A DNA stretch of 64,000 bases. Origin: Squalus acanthias (lineage: Eukaryota). The notes below the pieces were generated by a model, which saw nothing but the letters and a program-made list of their open reading frames with translations, had not been told where the DNA came from and made no database searches. The first letter of the stretch is position 1, and every line of letters starts with the position of its first letter. Below are positions 24,515-38,289 of the stretch, in pieces. The position numbers were made by a program, and so were the translations under genes. The DNA lies in the NCBI GenBank assembly GCA_030390025.1, contig CM059432.1, positions 116,624,001 to 116,688,000 of the forward strand, read 5' to 3'.

Positions 24515-25123
24515 GGGGGAAAAATTCAGTTGCGCTAACTAGCGGCAGGCGCGGCGCCACTACTGCCTCCCGTGAAATTCAGCGGGAGGTTAGCGGTGGC
24601 AGTAGCCGGCAGCGCCCCGCCTCTGGCGATGACGTCATTGCCGTGCGCAGCGCCCCGCTCGCGCCTTGGCCGCAAACTTGGCTCGCGCCCCTTGATCTAC
24701 CGCCGGACGCTATGTCCGACAGGGTCAGGGGGGCACTTTTGCGGCCGGGGTGGCGATAATTAAAGGACAGGGGCCGGGCGGCCTTTTTTTTTGGGCCACC
24801 TGCCAGCACCTGCCCCCTCTGGCCTCTGCCTGTGGGGTGCTGGCCGCGATCCATCAGCCCGGCACTCCTCTTGAGTGCCGGGCTCTTTTGCCGGCACCCC
24901 ACTCCCCTGTGGTCCAGCAGGGCTCCGGTGCGCGCTGCGCTAGGCCCCTCCCCTTTAACCAGGGGAGGGAGGCCTGCGTGGCGCTGCTGCACGTAGCGCC
25001 GCGATATTCAATGGGAGCGCCGCAAGTGGGAGTGGGAGCGCTTCCAGTAGCGCCCCGCCTCCTGCTTGGGGCGATACCATTGAATTTCGGGCGCGGGGGC
25101 GCTAACTTTTTCGGGGCCCGAAA
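24515..25123 (+). mobile_element. Second copy of the Harbinger-type MITE family, right end missing
   Basis: Starts GGGGGAAAAATTCAG and is colinear with 4361-5065. Confidence 0.85.
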
Positions 25124-25481
25124 AGATAAGCATGTGTGCAGGAAGTGCCTCCAGTTGCTCAAACTCGAGCTCAGGGTTTCTGAGCTTGAGGAGTGACTTG
25201 CAGGGCATACGGGAGACTGAGAGTTTCCTGGTGTGCAGGAGTTGGTCACCCCACAGAGAGTTAAGGAGGATAGCAATTGGGATGGCCATCGGCAGGGTAG
25301 GAAGTAGCAGGTAGTGCAGGAATCCTCTGGGAGTGGAGCACTCTCAAACCAGTTTTCAGCGTCGAATACCAGTGAGGGTGATGACACCTTGGGGAATGCA
25401 GTCTAGAGCACATCCACAGCACTGTGGGGCAAATGACTGTACAGAGGGGCACACAAAGTGTAGAAATGCAATGGCCATAGG

Positions 25482-25627
25482 CAATGCTCCCTTGAAGCTG
25501 CACGGCTGCACGGATGCGCAGCCTCTCACTGGCTTTTGCATTGTAAAAACCACGCATGCACAAAATTTGAATGGGTCACGCACCAATTTAAAGAGACCGC
25601 GCACAAAAAAAATTAGAGGAAACATTG
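25482..25627. mobile_element. hAT-type MITE, 146 bp
   Basis: Termini CAATGCTCCCT / AGAGGAAACATTG; 8-bp TSD GCCATAGG (25474-25481) and GTCATAGG (25628-25635). Confidence 0.8.
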
Positions 25628-28291
25628 GTCATAGGGGATTCAGTAGTCAGGGGGATAGACAGACGTTTCTGCAACCACCAACGTGAGCCCCTCATGGTGT
25701 GTTGCCTCTCTGTTGCCACTGTAAAGAACATCACTGAGAGGGTGGAGAACATTTTGAAGGGGGCAGAGGAACAGCCAGAAGTCATGGTCCATATGGGAAC
25801 CAATGACAGGAAGGAAAAGGGTTGAGGTCCAACAGTTAGAGTTTCAGGAGCTAGGAAGTTAAAAAGCAGGACCTCAAAGGTAGTAATCTCTGGATTACTC
25901 CTAGTGGCACGCGTTAGTGAGTATAGGAATAGTAGGATAACACAGGTTAACATGTGGCTGGAGAAGTGATGCAGGAGGGAGGGCTTCAGATTCCTTTGGG
26001 CAGTGGGACCAATTCTGGGTCAGGAGGGACCTGTTTAAGGTGGACAAGTTGCACCTCAACAGGGCTGGGACCAATGTCCTCGCGGGAAGCTTAACTAGTA
26101 CTGTGGGGGAGGGTTTAAACTAATTTGGCAGGGAATGGGTACCAGGATGAAACATTAGAGAAGAGAAACAAAGTGCACAGAGGACTGGGAGAGGCAAATA
26201 GCACTAGAGTAAAGAATAGTTCAGAAATAGGAGGGAACAGACAGGGGGGTAAATGTGAAGCAGTCTAAGATGGGTTTGGAGTGTACGTGCGTAAATGCAC
26301 GGAACGTGGTAAATAAGGTTGGTGAGCTGCAGGCACAAGTCGCCACATGGGACTGTGAAATAGTGGCAAGAACAGTGACCTGGCTCAAAGAAGGGGGAGG
26401 ATTGGGAATTTATTATTCCCAGCTACAAAGTATTCAGGAAAGATAGGGAAGGAAAAAAAGGAGGAGGTGGCAATATTGATCAAAGACACTATGAGAGCAC
26501 TGGAGATGGATGATGTAGTTGAGGGGCCAAAGACAGAATCTATTTGGTTAGAATTAAGGAACAATAGAGGAGCTATTACACTACTAGGTGTATACTATAG
26601 GCCACCAAATAGTGGGATGGAGATAGAGGAGCAAATTTGCAGGCAAATTACAGAAAGATGCAAAAACTACAGAGTAGTGATAATGGGGGACTGCAACTAT
26701 CCTAACAGAGACTGGGATAGTAACAGTGTAAAGGGCAAAGAGGGGGAGGAATTCCTGAAAAGTGTACAAAAGAACTTTCTTGATCCGTGTGTTTTAAGCC
26801 CAACAAGGAAGGAAGCAGCGCTGGGGAATGAAGTGGGGCAAGTGGAGCATGTTTCAGTGGGGGTGCATTTGGGGAACAGTGATCACAATATCATTAGGTT
26901 TAGAATATTTATGGAAAAAGACAAGGTACAATCAAGCATAAAAATACTTAACTGTAAGAGGGCTAACTTCAGTGAGTTGAAAGGGATCTGGCACAGGTGG
27001 ATTGGACTCAAAAATTGGTAGGTAAAACAGTTACTGAACAATGGGAGGCCTTCAAAGAGGAGCTGGTTCGGGTATAGAGTAGACACATTCCCATGAGGGG
27101 GAAACGAAGGGCATCCAAAGCTAGGATGACTAAAGATATAAAGGTTAAAATGAGACAGTAAAAGGAGGCTTTTGACAATTGTAAGGTTAATAATACAGTA
27201 GAGAACCAAGCGGAATACAGAAAGTAGTGAGGTGAGCTAAAACAGGGAATGAGGGGCAAAGAGAGAGTATGAGAATAGATTAGCAGCTAACATAAAAGTG
27301 AACCCAAAAGTCTTTTATAAATACATAACTCATAAAAGGGTAGTTAAAGGAAGGGTTGGGCCAATTAGGGACCAAAAAGGAGATCTTCTTGTGGAGGCAG
27401 AGGACATGGCTGATGCACTAAATGAATACTTTGCATCTGTCTTTACTAGAGAAGGAGATTCTGCCAATGTAGTAGTAAAGGAGGAGGCAGTAGTGATATT
27501 GGATAGGATAAAAATAAAAATAGAGGATGTACTCAAAAGGTTGGCAGTCCTCAAAGTAGATAAGTCACCCGGTCTGGATGGGCTGCATCCTAAGTTACTG
27601 AGGAAAATAAGGGTGGAACTTGAGGAGGCTCTGGCCACAATTTTCCATACCTCCTTGGATGAGGGGGTGCCAGAGGACTGGAGGATTGCAGATGTTACAC
27701 CCCTGTTTAAAAAAGGGGCGAGGGATAAACCCAACAACTATAGGTCAGTCAGCCTGACATCAGTGGTGGGGAAACTATTAGAGACAATAATCCAGGACAA
27801 AGTTAATTGGCATTTGGAAAAGTATGAGCTAATTAATGAAAGTCAGAATGGATTTGTTAAAGGCAAATCGTGTTTGACTAACTTGATAGAGTTCTTTGAT
27901 GAAGTAACAGAGAGGATTGATGAGGGTGGAGTGGTTGATGTTTATATGGACTTTCAAAAGGCGTTTGGCAAAGCACCATATAATAGACTTGTTAGCAAAA
28001 TTAAAGCCCATGGGATTAAAGGGACAGTGGCAGCATGGACACGAAATTGGCTAAGGGGCAAAAAGCAGAGAGTAGTGTTGAACGGTTGTGTTGCAGATTG
28101 GAGGGAAGAATAGAATGGTGCTCTCCAGGGGTCGGTGTTAGGACCACTGCTCTTTTTGATATATATTAATGATCTGGACTTGGGTTTTCAGGGCATAATT
28201 TCAAAGTTTGCAGATGATACAAAACTCGGAAATGTAGTAAACAATGAGGAAACAGACTTCAGGAGGACATAGACAGACTGGTGAAATGGGC

Positions 28292-29641
28292 ATAAGAACA
28301 TAAGAAACAGGAGCAGGAGTAGGCCATTCGGCCCCTCGAGCCTGCTCTGCCATTCAATAAGATCATGGCTGATCTTCTACCTGAACCCCATTTTCCTGCA
28401 CTATCCCCATAACCCTTGATTCCCTTAACATCCAAAAATCTATTGATCTCTGTCTTGAATATAATCAACAACTGAGCCCCCACAGCCCTCTGGGGTAGAG
28501 AATTCCAAAGATTTACCACCCACTGAGTGAAGAAATTTCTCCTCATCTCAGTCCTAAATGGCCGATCCCTTATTCTGAGACTGTGACCCCTGGTTCTAGA
28601 CTTCCCAACCAGCGGAAACATCCTTCCTGCATCTACCCTGTCAAGCCCTGTAAGAATTTTGTATGTTTCAATGAGATCACCTCTCATACTTCTAAACGCC
28701 AGAGAATATAGGCCCAGTCTACTCAATCTCTCCTCATAGGACAAACCCCCCATCCCAGGATTCAGTCTGGTGAGCCTTCGTTGCACTCCCTCTATGGTGA
28801 ATATATCCTTCCTTAGGTAAGGAGTCCAAAACTGTACACAATGCTCCAGGTGTGGTCTCACCAGGGCCCTATATAATTGCAGTAAGATGTCTTTACTCTT
28901 ATACTCAAATCCTCTTGTAATAAAGGCCAACATACCATTTGCTTTCCTAATTGCTTGCTGTACCTGTATGTTAACCTTCAGTGATTTGTGTACAAGGACA
29001 CCCAGGTCCCTCTGAACACCAACATTTCCCAATCTCTCACCATTTAAAAAATATTCTGCTTTTCCAGTTTTCCTACCAAAGTGGATAACTTCACATTTCT
29101 CCACATTATATTCCATTTGCCATGTTCTTGCCCACTCAGTTAGCCTGTTGATATCCCCTTGAAGCCTCTTTGTATCCTCCTCACAACTTGCATTCCCACC
29201 TAGCTTTGTATCATCAGAAAACTTCGATATATTACATTTGGTCCTCTCATCCAAATCATTGATATAGATTGTGAATAGCTGAGGCCCAAGCACTGATCCT
29301 TGCAGTACCCCACTAGTTACAGCCTGCCAACGTGAAAATGACCTGTTTATTCCCATTCTCTGTTTTTGTCCGTTAACCAATCCTCAATCCAAGCTAGTAT
29401 ATTACCCCCAATCCCAGGAGCCCTAATTTTGTTTAATAACCTATTGTGTGGCACCTTATCGAATGCCTGCTGAAAATCCAAATACACCAATGTAGGCAAA
29501 TCTCAGAGAAGTGTAGAAATAATAGTTGGTTCCTGAACATACTGATCTAGAAAACTATCTTGTATACATTCCATGAATTCGTCCTCCACACTATTACTGC
29601 AAATTTGGTTTGCCCAGTCTATAAGTAGATTAAAGTCCCCC
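28292..29641 (-). mobile_element. CR1 LINE inserted antisense in the host CR1, with rearranged 5' end
   Basis: RT C-terminal ORF and tail at 28292-29490; 29525-29641 is an APE-region piece matching about 54935-55050. Confidence 0.9.
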
Positions 29642-29989
29642 GTGGCAGATGAAATTTGATGCAGAGAAGTGTGAAGTGATGCATTTTGTTAGGAAGAATG
29701 AGAAGAGGCAATATGAACTAATGCAATTTTAAAGGGGGTGCAGGAACAGAGAGATCTGGGGGCGTATGTACACAAATCTTTGAAGGTGGCAAGACAAGTT
29801 GAGAAGGCTGTTAAAAAAGCATATACGATCCTTGGCTTTATTAATGGAGGAATAGGATAAAAAGCAAGGAAGTTATGCTAAACCTTTATAAAACACTGGT
29901 TAGGCCTCAGCTGGAGCATTGTGTTCAATTCTGGGCACCACACTTTAGGAAGGATGTCAAGGCCTTGCAAAGGGTAGAAAAGAGATTTA

Positions 29990-30344
29990 CAGGAAACTCT
30001 TTCGTATCCGGCACCGACGGGACTGGGATGGTGCCGGTTGATTAAAAATTCCGGATAACGGAGAGGGTTATCTACCGAGGCTATTTTTAACAAACAAAAA
30101 TAAAAAAATCAAGAAATGTGCAGTATAATTGGGTACTCCCCTACAGAATTTTGTGTTAAATGGATGGTGGAAGATGCTTGATTAAGTACAGTAATGCCAG
30201 TTGAGGGTAATCCATAACTCTTTAATTACTTAACAGTAAAACAAAACTTATAAACGACTGTATACTGTAGTTTTCGGAGTATGAATTCTGCCGGTTATTA
30301 GAGAATTCCGGATATTTAGGTGCCGTTTAAACGAGAGTTTCCTG
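29990..30344. mobile_element. Tc1/mariner-superfamily (Tigger/pogo-like) MITE
   Basis: TIRs CAGGAAACTCTTTCGTATCCGGCA / TGCCGTTTAAACGAGAGTTTCCTG; TA duplicated; removing it restores CR1 AGATTTACTAGAATG. Confidence 0.88.
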
Positions 30345-31774
30345 TACTAGAATGGTACCAGGGCTGAGGGACTTCAGTTATGTGGAGAGACTGGAGAAGC
30401 TGAGGTTATCTCCTTAGAGCAGAGAAGGTTAAGAGACTTGATAGAGGTGTTCAAAATTATGAATGGTTTTGATAGAGTAAATAAGGAGAAACTGTTTCCA
30501 GTGGCAGAAGGGTCGGTAACCAGAGGACACAGATTTAAGGTGATTGGCAAAAGAACCAGAGGGGAGATGAGGAAACATTTTTTTACACAGCGAGTTGTTA
30601 TGATCTGGAATGCACTGCCTGAAAGGATGGTGGAAGCAGATTCAATCGTAGCATTCAAAAAGGAATTGGATAAAGACTTGAAGGGAAAAAATTTAAAGAG
30701 CTATAGGGAAAGAGCAGGGCCAGTGGGACTAATTGGATAGCTCTTTCAAAGAGTCGTCACAGGCACGATGGGCCGAATGGCCTGCTTCTGTGCTGTATGA
30801 TTCCATTGGGCAGTCGATGAGTGGAGCATGCCCGCCCCCTGTCCATTGTAACTGCTGTGAGGCCCGAGCCATTTTGTGGCCTAGGAGTCATTTGCATGCA
30901 GTCAGTAAGTTGCTCACGTAAAACTGACATTCCAACGCAGCTTGTTGATTGAGGCGAATGGGGGAATCAGCCAGTGTAGGAAGAAAAATGTCTCCTGGCC
31001 CTACAGAAATCAAAGTTAAAAACTTCTTTGGACTGTTTTGTAAGTGGTTTCCTTTAAGGACCGCAGGGTAGGCTGCACAACAGCAGTACAAATAGGCGGA
31101 GGGTAAGCGTATTAGAAGAACACGCAGCTCAGTTATGCCTCAAATTGCATTTAGGGTCCTATGTATGCTCTGGCCGCATTCCTTAGGACCCTATCCAAGG
31201 TGGTAGCACTCGGAGACCCTGCATCAATGGGGCGCGAAGTACCCAACTCCATTTTCTGATGTTCTGTCCCGTTTATGCCAGGTGGAAGGGGTTAAAATCG
31301 GCACCAGTGATCTCAACCTTGAGTAGATGTTAGGTTTCCATTGAGCCCAAGAACTTCCTCACAAGAGATGTAAAGAAATGAAACGCCTGACACCTCGACC
31401 ATTCTTGTGTACCTCCTAGCAGCTGGCCTTACGATGGAAGCCCAGGAACAGGTCTCCAGCCATTGCTCTCTGCTCAGGAAGGTGTGCGGTGGAAATAAAT
31501 TACAGGAGGGGGGAAAAGCTGCGAGAATCAAAAAAGCTGCTCTTGAATATTTTGTTTTCTCACTTATATTTTTAAAATATACTCCGACGTTGCTTAGCGT
31601 TTCAATAAATAAATCCAGCGAAATTTTAAATCTAAAGAAAACAAGCCACAGTTTTTCATTTGCAATAAAGTGGGTTGAAATGGCTCATAAAAAGTCTAGA
31701 CAGTTTATTAGTGGAAAGCACACAAAATAGAATGTAATACTCATATTCATTTACAACAGTTAAGGCATTATACA

Positions 31775-33608
31775 GTCCTGTCACATCCAGTCGTGAATGG
31801 TGGTGGACCATTAAACAACTAACGGGACGAGGAGGCTCCATAAATATCCTCATCCTCAATGATGGTGGAGCCCAGCACGTGAGTGCAAAAGACAAGGCTG
31901 AAGCGTTTGCAACCATCTTCAGCCAGAAGTGCTGAGCGGATGATCCATATCGGCCTACTCCTGAGGTCCCCACCATCACAGAAGCCAGTCTTCAGCCAAT
32001 TCGATTCACTCCACGTGCTATCAAGAAATGGCTGAGCGCACTCGATACAGCAAAGGCTATGGGCCCCGACAACATCCCGGCTATTGTGCTGAAGACTTGT
32101 GCTCCAGAACTAGCCATGCCTCTAGCCAAGCTGTTCCAGTACAGCTACAACACTGGCATCTATCCGACAATGTGGACAACTGCCCAGGTGTGTCCTGTGC
32201 ACAAAAAGCAGGACAAACCCAATCCGGCCAATTACCACCCCATCAGTCTACTCTCAATCATCAGCAAAGTGATGGAAGGTGTCATCGAAAGTGCTATCAA
32301 GCTGCACTTACTCACCAATAATCTGCTCACGGATGCCCAGTTTGGGCTCCACCAAGACCAATCGGCTCCCGACCTCCTTACAGCCTTGGTCCAAACATGG
32401 ACAAAGGAGCTGAATTCCAGAGGTGAGGTGAGAGTGACTGCTCTTGACATCAAGGCAGCATTTGACCGAGTGTGGCATGAAGGAGCCCTAGTAAAACTGA
32501 AGTCAATCGGAATCGGGGGGAAAACGCTCCATTGGCTGGATTCATACCTAGCACAAAGGAAGATGGTTGTGGTGGTTGAAGGTCAATCATCACAGCCACA
32601 GGACATCACTGCAGGAGTTCCTCAGGGCAGTGTCCTAGGCCCAACCATCTTCAGCTGCTTCATCAATGACTTTCCCTCCAACATAAGGTCAGAAATGGGG
32701 ATGTTCGCTGATGACTGCACAGTGTTCAGCGCCATTCACAACTCCTCATATAATGAAGCAGTCCATGCCCGCATGCAGCAAGACCTGGACGACGTTCAGG
32801 CTTGGGCTGATAAGTGGCAGGTAACATTCGCGCCACAGAAGTGCCAGGCAATGACTATCTCCAACAAGCAAGAGTCTAACCACCTCCCCTTGACATTCAA
32901 CGGTATTACCATCTCTGAATCCCCCACCATCAACATCCTGGGAGTCACCATTGACCAGAAACTTAACTGGACCAGCCACATAAATACTGTGGCAACAAGA
33001 GCAGGTCAGAGGCTGGGTATTCTGCGGCGAGTGTCTCACCTCCTGCCTCCCGAAAGGCTTTCCACCATCTACAAGGCACAAGTAAGGAGTGTGATGGAAT
33101 ACTCTCCACTTGCCTGGATGAGTGCAGCTCCAACAACACTCAAGGAGCTCGACACCATCTAGGACAAAGCAGCCTGCTTGATTGGCACCCCATCCGCCAC
33201 CTTAAACATTCACTCCCTCCACCACCGGCGTACCGTGGCTGCAGTGTGTACCATCTACAAGATGCACTGCAGCAACTCGTCAAGGCTTCTTCGGTAGCAC
33301 CTCCCAAACCTACGACCTCTTCCACCTAGAAGGATAAGGGCAGCAGGCGCATGGGAACACCACCACCTCCAAGTTCCCCTGCAAGTCACACACCATCCTG
33401 ACTTAGAAGTATATTGCCGATCCTTCATCGTCTCTGGGTCAAAGTCCTGGAACTCCCTCCCTAACAGCACTGTGGGAGCACCTTCAGCACACGGACAGCA
33501 GCAGTTCAAGAAGGCGGCTCACCACCACCTTCTCAAGGGCAATTAGGGATGGACAATAAATGCTGTCCTTGCCAGCGACGCCCACATCCCATAAACTAAT
33601 TAAAAAAA
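31775..33608 (+). mobile_element. 5'-truncated CR1-group LINE of a lineage distinct from HER1
   Basis: [39 protein letters not shown] and an A-rich end. Confidence 0.9.
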
Positions 33609-34854
33609 ACACTATTCCATCTATAGGTTAACCATATGAGATATAATTTTGTAGCAAATAAATCAAAGGCTACACTTCCTTGCTAGCCGGTTGACATATT
33701 GATAGAAAAAGCAAAGAATAATTTTCCATTTGTTCAGGCAAACTTTAAACAGATGATCAGGTAACAGAACACAACAGATGTTTCGATCACCACAGTAACA
33801 TCACCATAGTGACATAGTTCCACTTTCAGTTCCCAACTGCAGATGGCAATCTCATCTGGATCGTCATATGACACAGTGAAGGCTGTTACTGATTTTAAAC
33901 CAGTACACCGACACTAACAGTTTTTCTCCCCCCAAATCTTTCGTGAAATACATAGCTCATAAAAGTAGTTTGAGTCTTTCAAAATATCCTCTCGTGTCAA
34001 TATAATAAATTTCGATGCAAAAGATTTTCACCAGATGTTTTCTGCCCCAGGAGTAGCATGTTAACATTATTCTTATCTGAGCCAAGCTAGAACATTTCAA
34101 ACTGCAACAGAGATTGATAGTACACTTTGAATGCAATATCAGAAAACAAATCAACTCTTTAAAAACAAGGATTAGATTAATATATATATCTGCATTTATA
34201 TAACAAAATATCTCAAAGGACTTCATAGAATGAATTATGTGCAGTCAATTCTGCTATGTAGGCAAATGCAGCAGCAACCCTTTACAAATAGCAATAAAAT
34301 ACTTAACCAGTTAATCTGTTTGCGGAGTTAATAACCGAGGGGGGTCGGGGATGTTGACCAGGCCACTGGGGGAACTCGCTGTTCTTTAAATAGTGCTTTA
34401 ACATCCACCTGAACCATCAGAACAGACAGCAGCTTGGTTTCATGCCTAATCTGAAGGACAGCATATTATCTGCTCAAACCCCAGTATGGGGCTTGGACCC
34501 ACAACTTTCTGACCCAATGCAAAATAATCTACCAAAATCTAAAATTGATGTAAACAGTTAGCATATTAAAGCATGCATCTGTTTAAGGTAATTCTTAGTT
34601 TGCTGCCAAGCTCACGGAAACCTGTTTTTCTTGTTTTCATCTCATGCACTGTGCTGATGAAATAATTATTAGTGTTATAGAAATTAAATGACTCATCAGG
34701 AATTACCTTAATATATAAACTCTAAACTACAATTATAAATGCCTAGTACACAATTTTACATAATAAGGATGTGCAACCAGCTTCCCTGTTCTTTCGCTCT
34801 CCTTTTTTCCTCTTATTCTTTCCATCCTTTTTTACCTTAAGAAATTGACCTCAG

Positions 34855-35250
34855 GATATTCTAAAGCTCTTTACAAATAATGACTTACTTTTGTAATGTA
34901 GGGGAAAGTCATGGCCAATTTGTGAACAGCAAGGTCCCATAAACAGTAATGAGATAAATGACCAAGTAATTTCTTTTAGTGACATTGGTTGAGGGATAAA
35001 TGTTGACTGGAACACTGGGAGAACTCCCCTGCTCTTCTTTGAATATTACCATGGGATCCCATGCAGATGAGGCCTCGATTTAACACCGCATCAAAAAGAC
35101 AGCACCTCCAGCAGTGCGGCACTCCCTCAGTACTGCACTGGGGGTGTCAGCCTAGATTTTTGTGCTCAAGTACCTGGAGTGGGGCTTGAACCCAGAACCT
35201 TCTGACTCAGGCAAGAGATAGTGCTACCCATTGAGCCACTGGTTGACACC
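34855..35250 (-). mobile_element. Deu-domain tRNA-SINE (SacSINE1-like); a more decayed copy lies at about 34190-34520
   Basis: A/B boxes (TGGCTCAATGGG, GGTTCAAGCCC) followed by the CAGTACTGAGGGAGTGCCGCACTG core. Confidence 0.8.
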
Positions 35251-36879
35251 TCTCTTTTATTTTATTGTGTTCTCTTTTTCTAACAAGTATTCTATCTAAC
35301 ATTTCCCCCCTTTTGTAAACTTCAAATTTTTAACCTATTTTTAATCCTTCTGTCTTCTTTCCCCTACCATTCATTTTGGAGGTAGGGGCAACATTGGAAG
35401 AAACAGTCATTTGACTGACTAACAAACTGGGTTTTCAGTAAATCAAATGCCAGACCTGAACCCATACATGGCTCTGTCAATCTTTGAGCAAACAAGAAGG
35501 GCCTGTCAATGGACAAAGTTAAATCGTCAGTGGGAAGACAATGTTCACCGGATAAACACACTCTGTACTAAATGGTTAAATGAGCTTTCTTGATCTTACA
35601 GTGAGCTGTTACAAGTATGGAAAACCCAGAAGCCCTGATATTCCACAGACTTCTCTTGATCTTCTGCCCTAACTCTGGAAACCCCAGAAAAACAACCGTT
35701 GAAAATGGTAATTTCTCTAGGGTTCCTGCCAGTCTCCCATCAGTTACAGCAGGACACCTGCCGAATTTCGCTGCCGGAATGTTTAAATTTAATTTTGTTT
35801 TAGGTTTGCTTTCATCATTTCCCATTCCCTGACTGATTGGGAAGGCATTCTGTATGGGCTCCCCAGCTCTGCCATTGCTTCTGTGTGGCTGGCCATGAGG
35901 GTACTCTAGTTTTGGCAGATCTTAAATTATAATTTATTTTCCAATACATTTATTTCAGTTTTTGTTCGGTTTGAAGGATTCAGCACCCTTGTCCCAATTT
36001 CCCTGTGGCAGGAAGGTGTAAACCTTCAGAACGTGCCGTTGCACAGTATGTAATCCTTATTTTAGATTGGTCCAACTTCTCATAATGAAATATCCAAGTC
36101 AACATAAAAGAATCACACTTCACACAAGACATCTCTTGACATCCATCTTCTGCCCACTCTCCCAGTGCATCATCCTTTACCAGCCAAGAAATCAAATTAC
36201 TCCTGCCAAACCTTAAAAAAATGCTGTAAATAATGATCGTGGCATCCTAAGATAAGCTACAGTTTAAACTTTCTAAACAACAAAAAAAATGAAGTCTGAA
36301 GAGAGCATTTAGTTGAAGAAAAAAATAGAATTTTTTTAAAAATGGATTAATTTAAAACATGCCAACCTGCTGATTGGTTTCCTACATGAAAATGTCATCA
36401 GTATAATTTCATGGAAGGTGCTTAATTGTTTGATGGCACAAGACTTATTGCTGGAAAATACTGATTCCATTGATGTTGGCATTTTCTTCATGATACAAAG
36501 CCATTTTCTTGTTAACTGCACACTTTTAACATTTGGACAATGTCAAACTTTGTTATTAAAACCAAGGCTTGAAGTATGCTCTGGGCAGTGAGATTACTGC
36601 TCAACATTTACTTAAAATGAGGAGGCAAGAGATTTATTGCAGCAAGTGATTAACATTCAGAAAAATGGTGTTTTCTCTGCCACCAAGGCAAAAATTGTGA
36701 TATTTGTGCAGCAAATCTGGCTACAGACAGCAAGTGTAGGAGTTTGCGGGATTGTTGCAAGGTTGTGCAGTGACAAGTCACTTGCCCTAATGATTATAGC
36801 TATCTGTGGTTTAAATATCTTTTCCCCTGCTGGTGACAAAGAATTACTGTCAGAGAAAACAAATATCAGGAACAGACTT

Positions 36880-37262
36880 CATAGGATTACATAGGATATA
36901 CAGCACAGAAATAGGTCATTCAGCCCAACCAGTCCATGCCGGCGTTTATGCTCCACTCGAGCCTCCTCCCGTCTTTCCTCATCTAAATCTATCAGCATAA
37001 CCCTCTATTCCCTTCTCCCTCATATGCTTGCCCAGCCTCCCCTTAAATGCATCTATACTATTCGCTTCAATCACTCCCTGTGGTAGCGAGTTCCACATTC
37101 TCAGCACTCTTTGGGTAAAGAAGTTTCTCCTGAATTTCCTATTGGATTTCTTGGTGACTATCTTATATTGATAGCCTCTAGTTATGCTCTTCCCCACAAG
37201 TGGAAATATTCTCTCTGTATCCACTCTATCAAAACCTTTCATAATTTTAAAGACCTCTATTA
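36880..37262 (-). mobile_element. CR1 LINE 3' end
   Basis: LIEVFKIMKGFDRV..FFTQRV..WNSLP plus tail. Confidence 0.9.
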
Positions 37263-38289
37263 GTACTGGGAGAATGATCAAGCTATCTCCTAGTTTTCCT
37301 ATTTTAAAATGCCAGTCATAGATAAAGTCAAGGGTCAACTTTGCACAAGCAATTTACTTTTATATTTTTTTAAATGATCTACCTGGACACAGAGGCAAGT
37401 CCAGTCCTCAGTAGGTACAACTCCAGCTAACATAATAGAAAATGCTGAACGCACATTGTTGGACAATTGGCATCTGAATGGGAAAGATAGCTTAATGTTA
37501 CAGGTGGGACCATTTTGGGGGGGAATTTTAATTCCAAAAAACAGGTGGGTTGGGGTCAGGTTAAAGAGTTAAAAATCTGAATTCTGACCCCAACCCACTT
37601 CCAACCCGCCCACTTCCAGTTTTATCAGAGGCGGGATGGGGGTGTGGGCAGCCAATCCGCTCCCAGGAGGTTTGTTGGCACTTTAAATATTATAATGAGG
37701 CTCTGTGCCTCATAGTGATCCACCATTTCAAATTCAACTGTGGGTGGGTTTCCCAGGCCTCGGGGAACCCCCTAGCTAAAGGGAGGAGAGAACTGCTGGA
37801 TCCAGGAGGTAAGTACCTTTACACTAACTTCTTGGATCCAGTGTTCCTGCCTCACCAACCCCCCATAATCGGACAACCCCCCCCCCCTCCCGAGGCCTCC
37901 GACCCCCCACAAGGCCTCCAATCTCCGATCACCCCTCCGGCCTTTGATCCTCGGCTCCCGATACCTCCCCCCCCCCAGCCCCCGAAGCTCCCTCCGGCTC
38001 CCAATCACCTTCCAATTTCCCCCCTCTGGCCCCCGATCACGCTCCGGCCTCTGATCCTGCCCCAATCCCTTCCTTCCTCCTCTCTGCTGCCTAGTGCTGC
38101 AGGCCTACCAGCTCAACACCTGGCTGGCTGTGGGTGGGAAACAGTAATTCTAAATGCTAATCAGGCCCTGCCGTTAAATTCAGCAGGGCCTGCGAGGAAA
38201 CCCATTCTCCGCTTTCCACCAGAATAATCTTTATCCGCCACTAGAATAATAATCTTGCTCTCTGGCCCGCTAAATGGACTGAGCCTGTT

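Larger units (their letters stand above)
24448..30806 (+). mobile_element. Near full-length decayed CR1 LINE (ORF1 zinc finger/zipper plus SGNH esterase; ORF2 APE plus RT) split by four insertions
   Basis: HVCRKCLQLLKLELRVSELE, IGDS.VRG, HMGTND, LGVYYRPP, MGD.N, SDHN, RT to 28291, resumes at 29642; 3' tail at 30770-30806. Confidence 0.88.

Noticed and set aside
35364..35832. Short ORFs as exons of a second gene
   Set aside because: No recognisable motif and no phase-consistent partner exons.
37517..38225. Pro-rich 170-aa ORF in a MITE-like region
   Set aside because: Low-complexity C-rich sequence with no splice or domain support; element ends could not be fixed.
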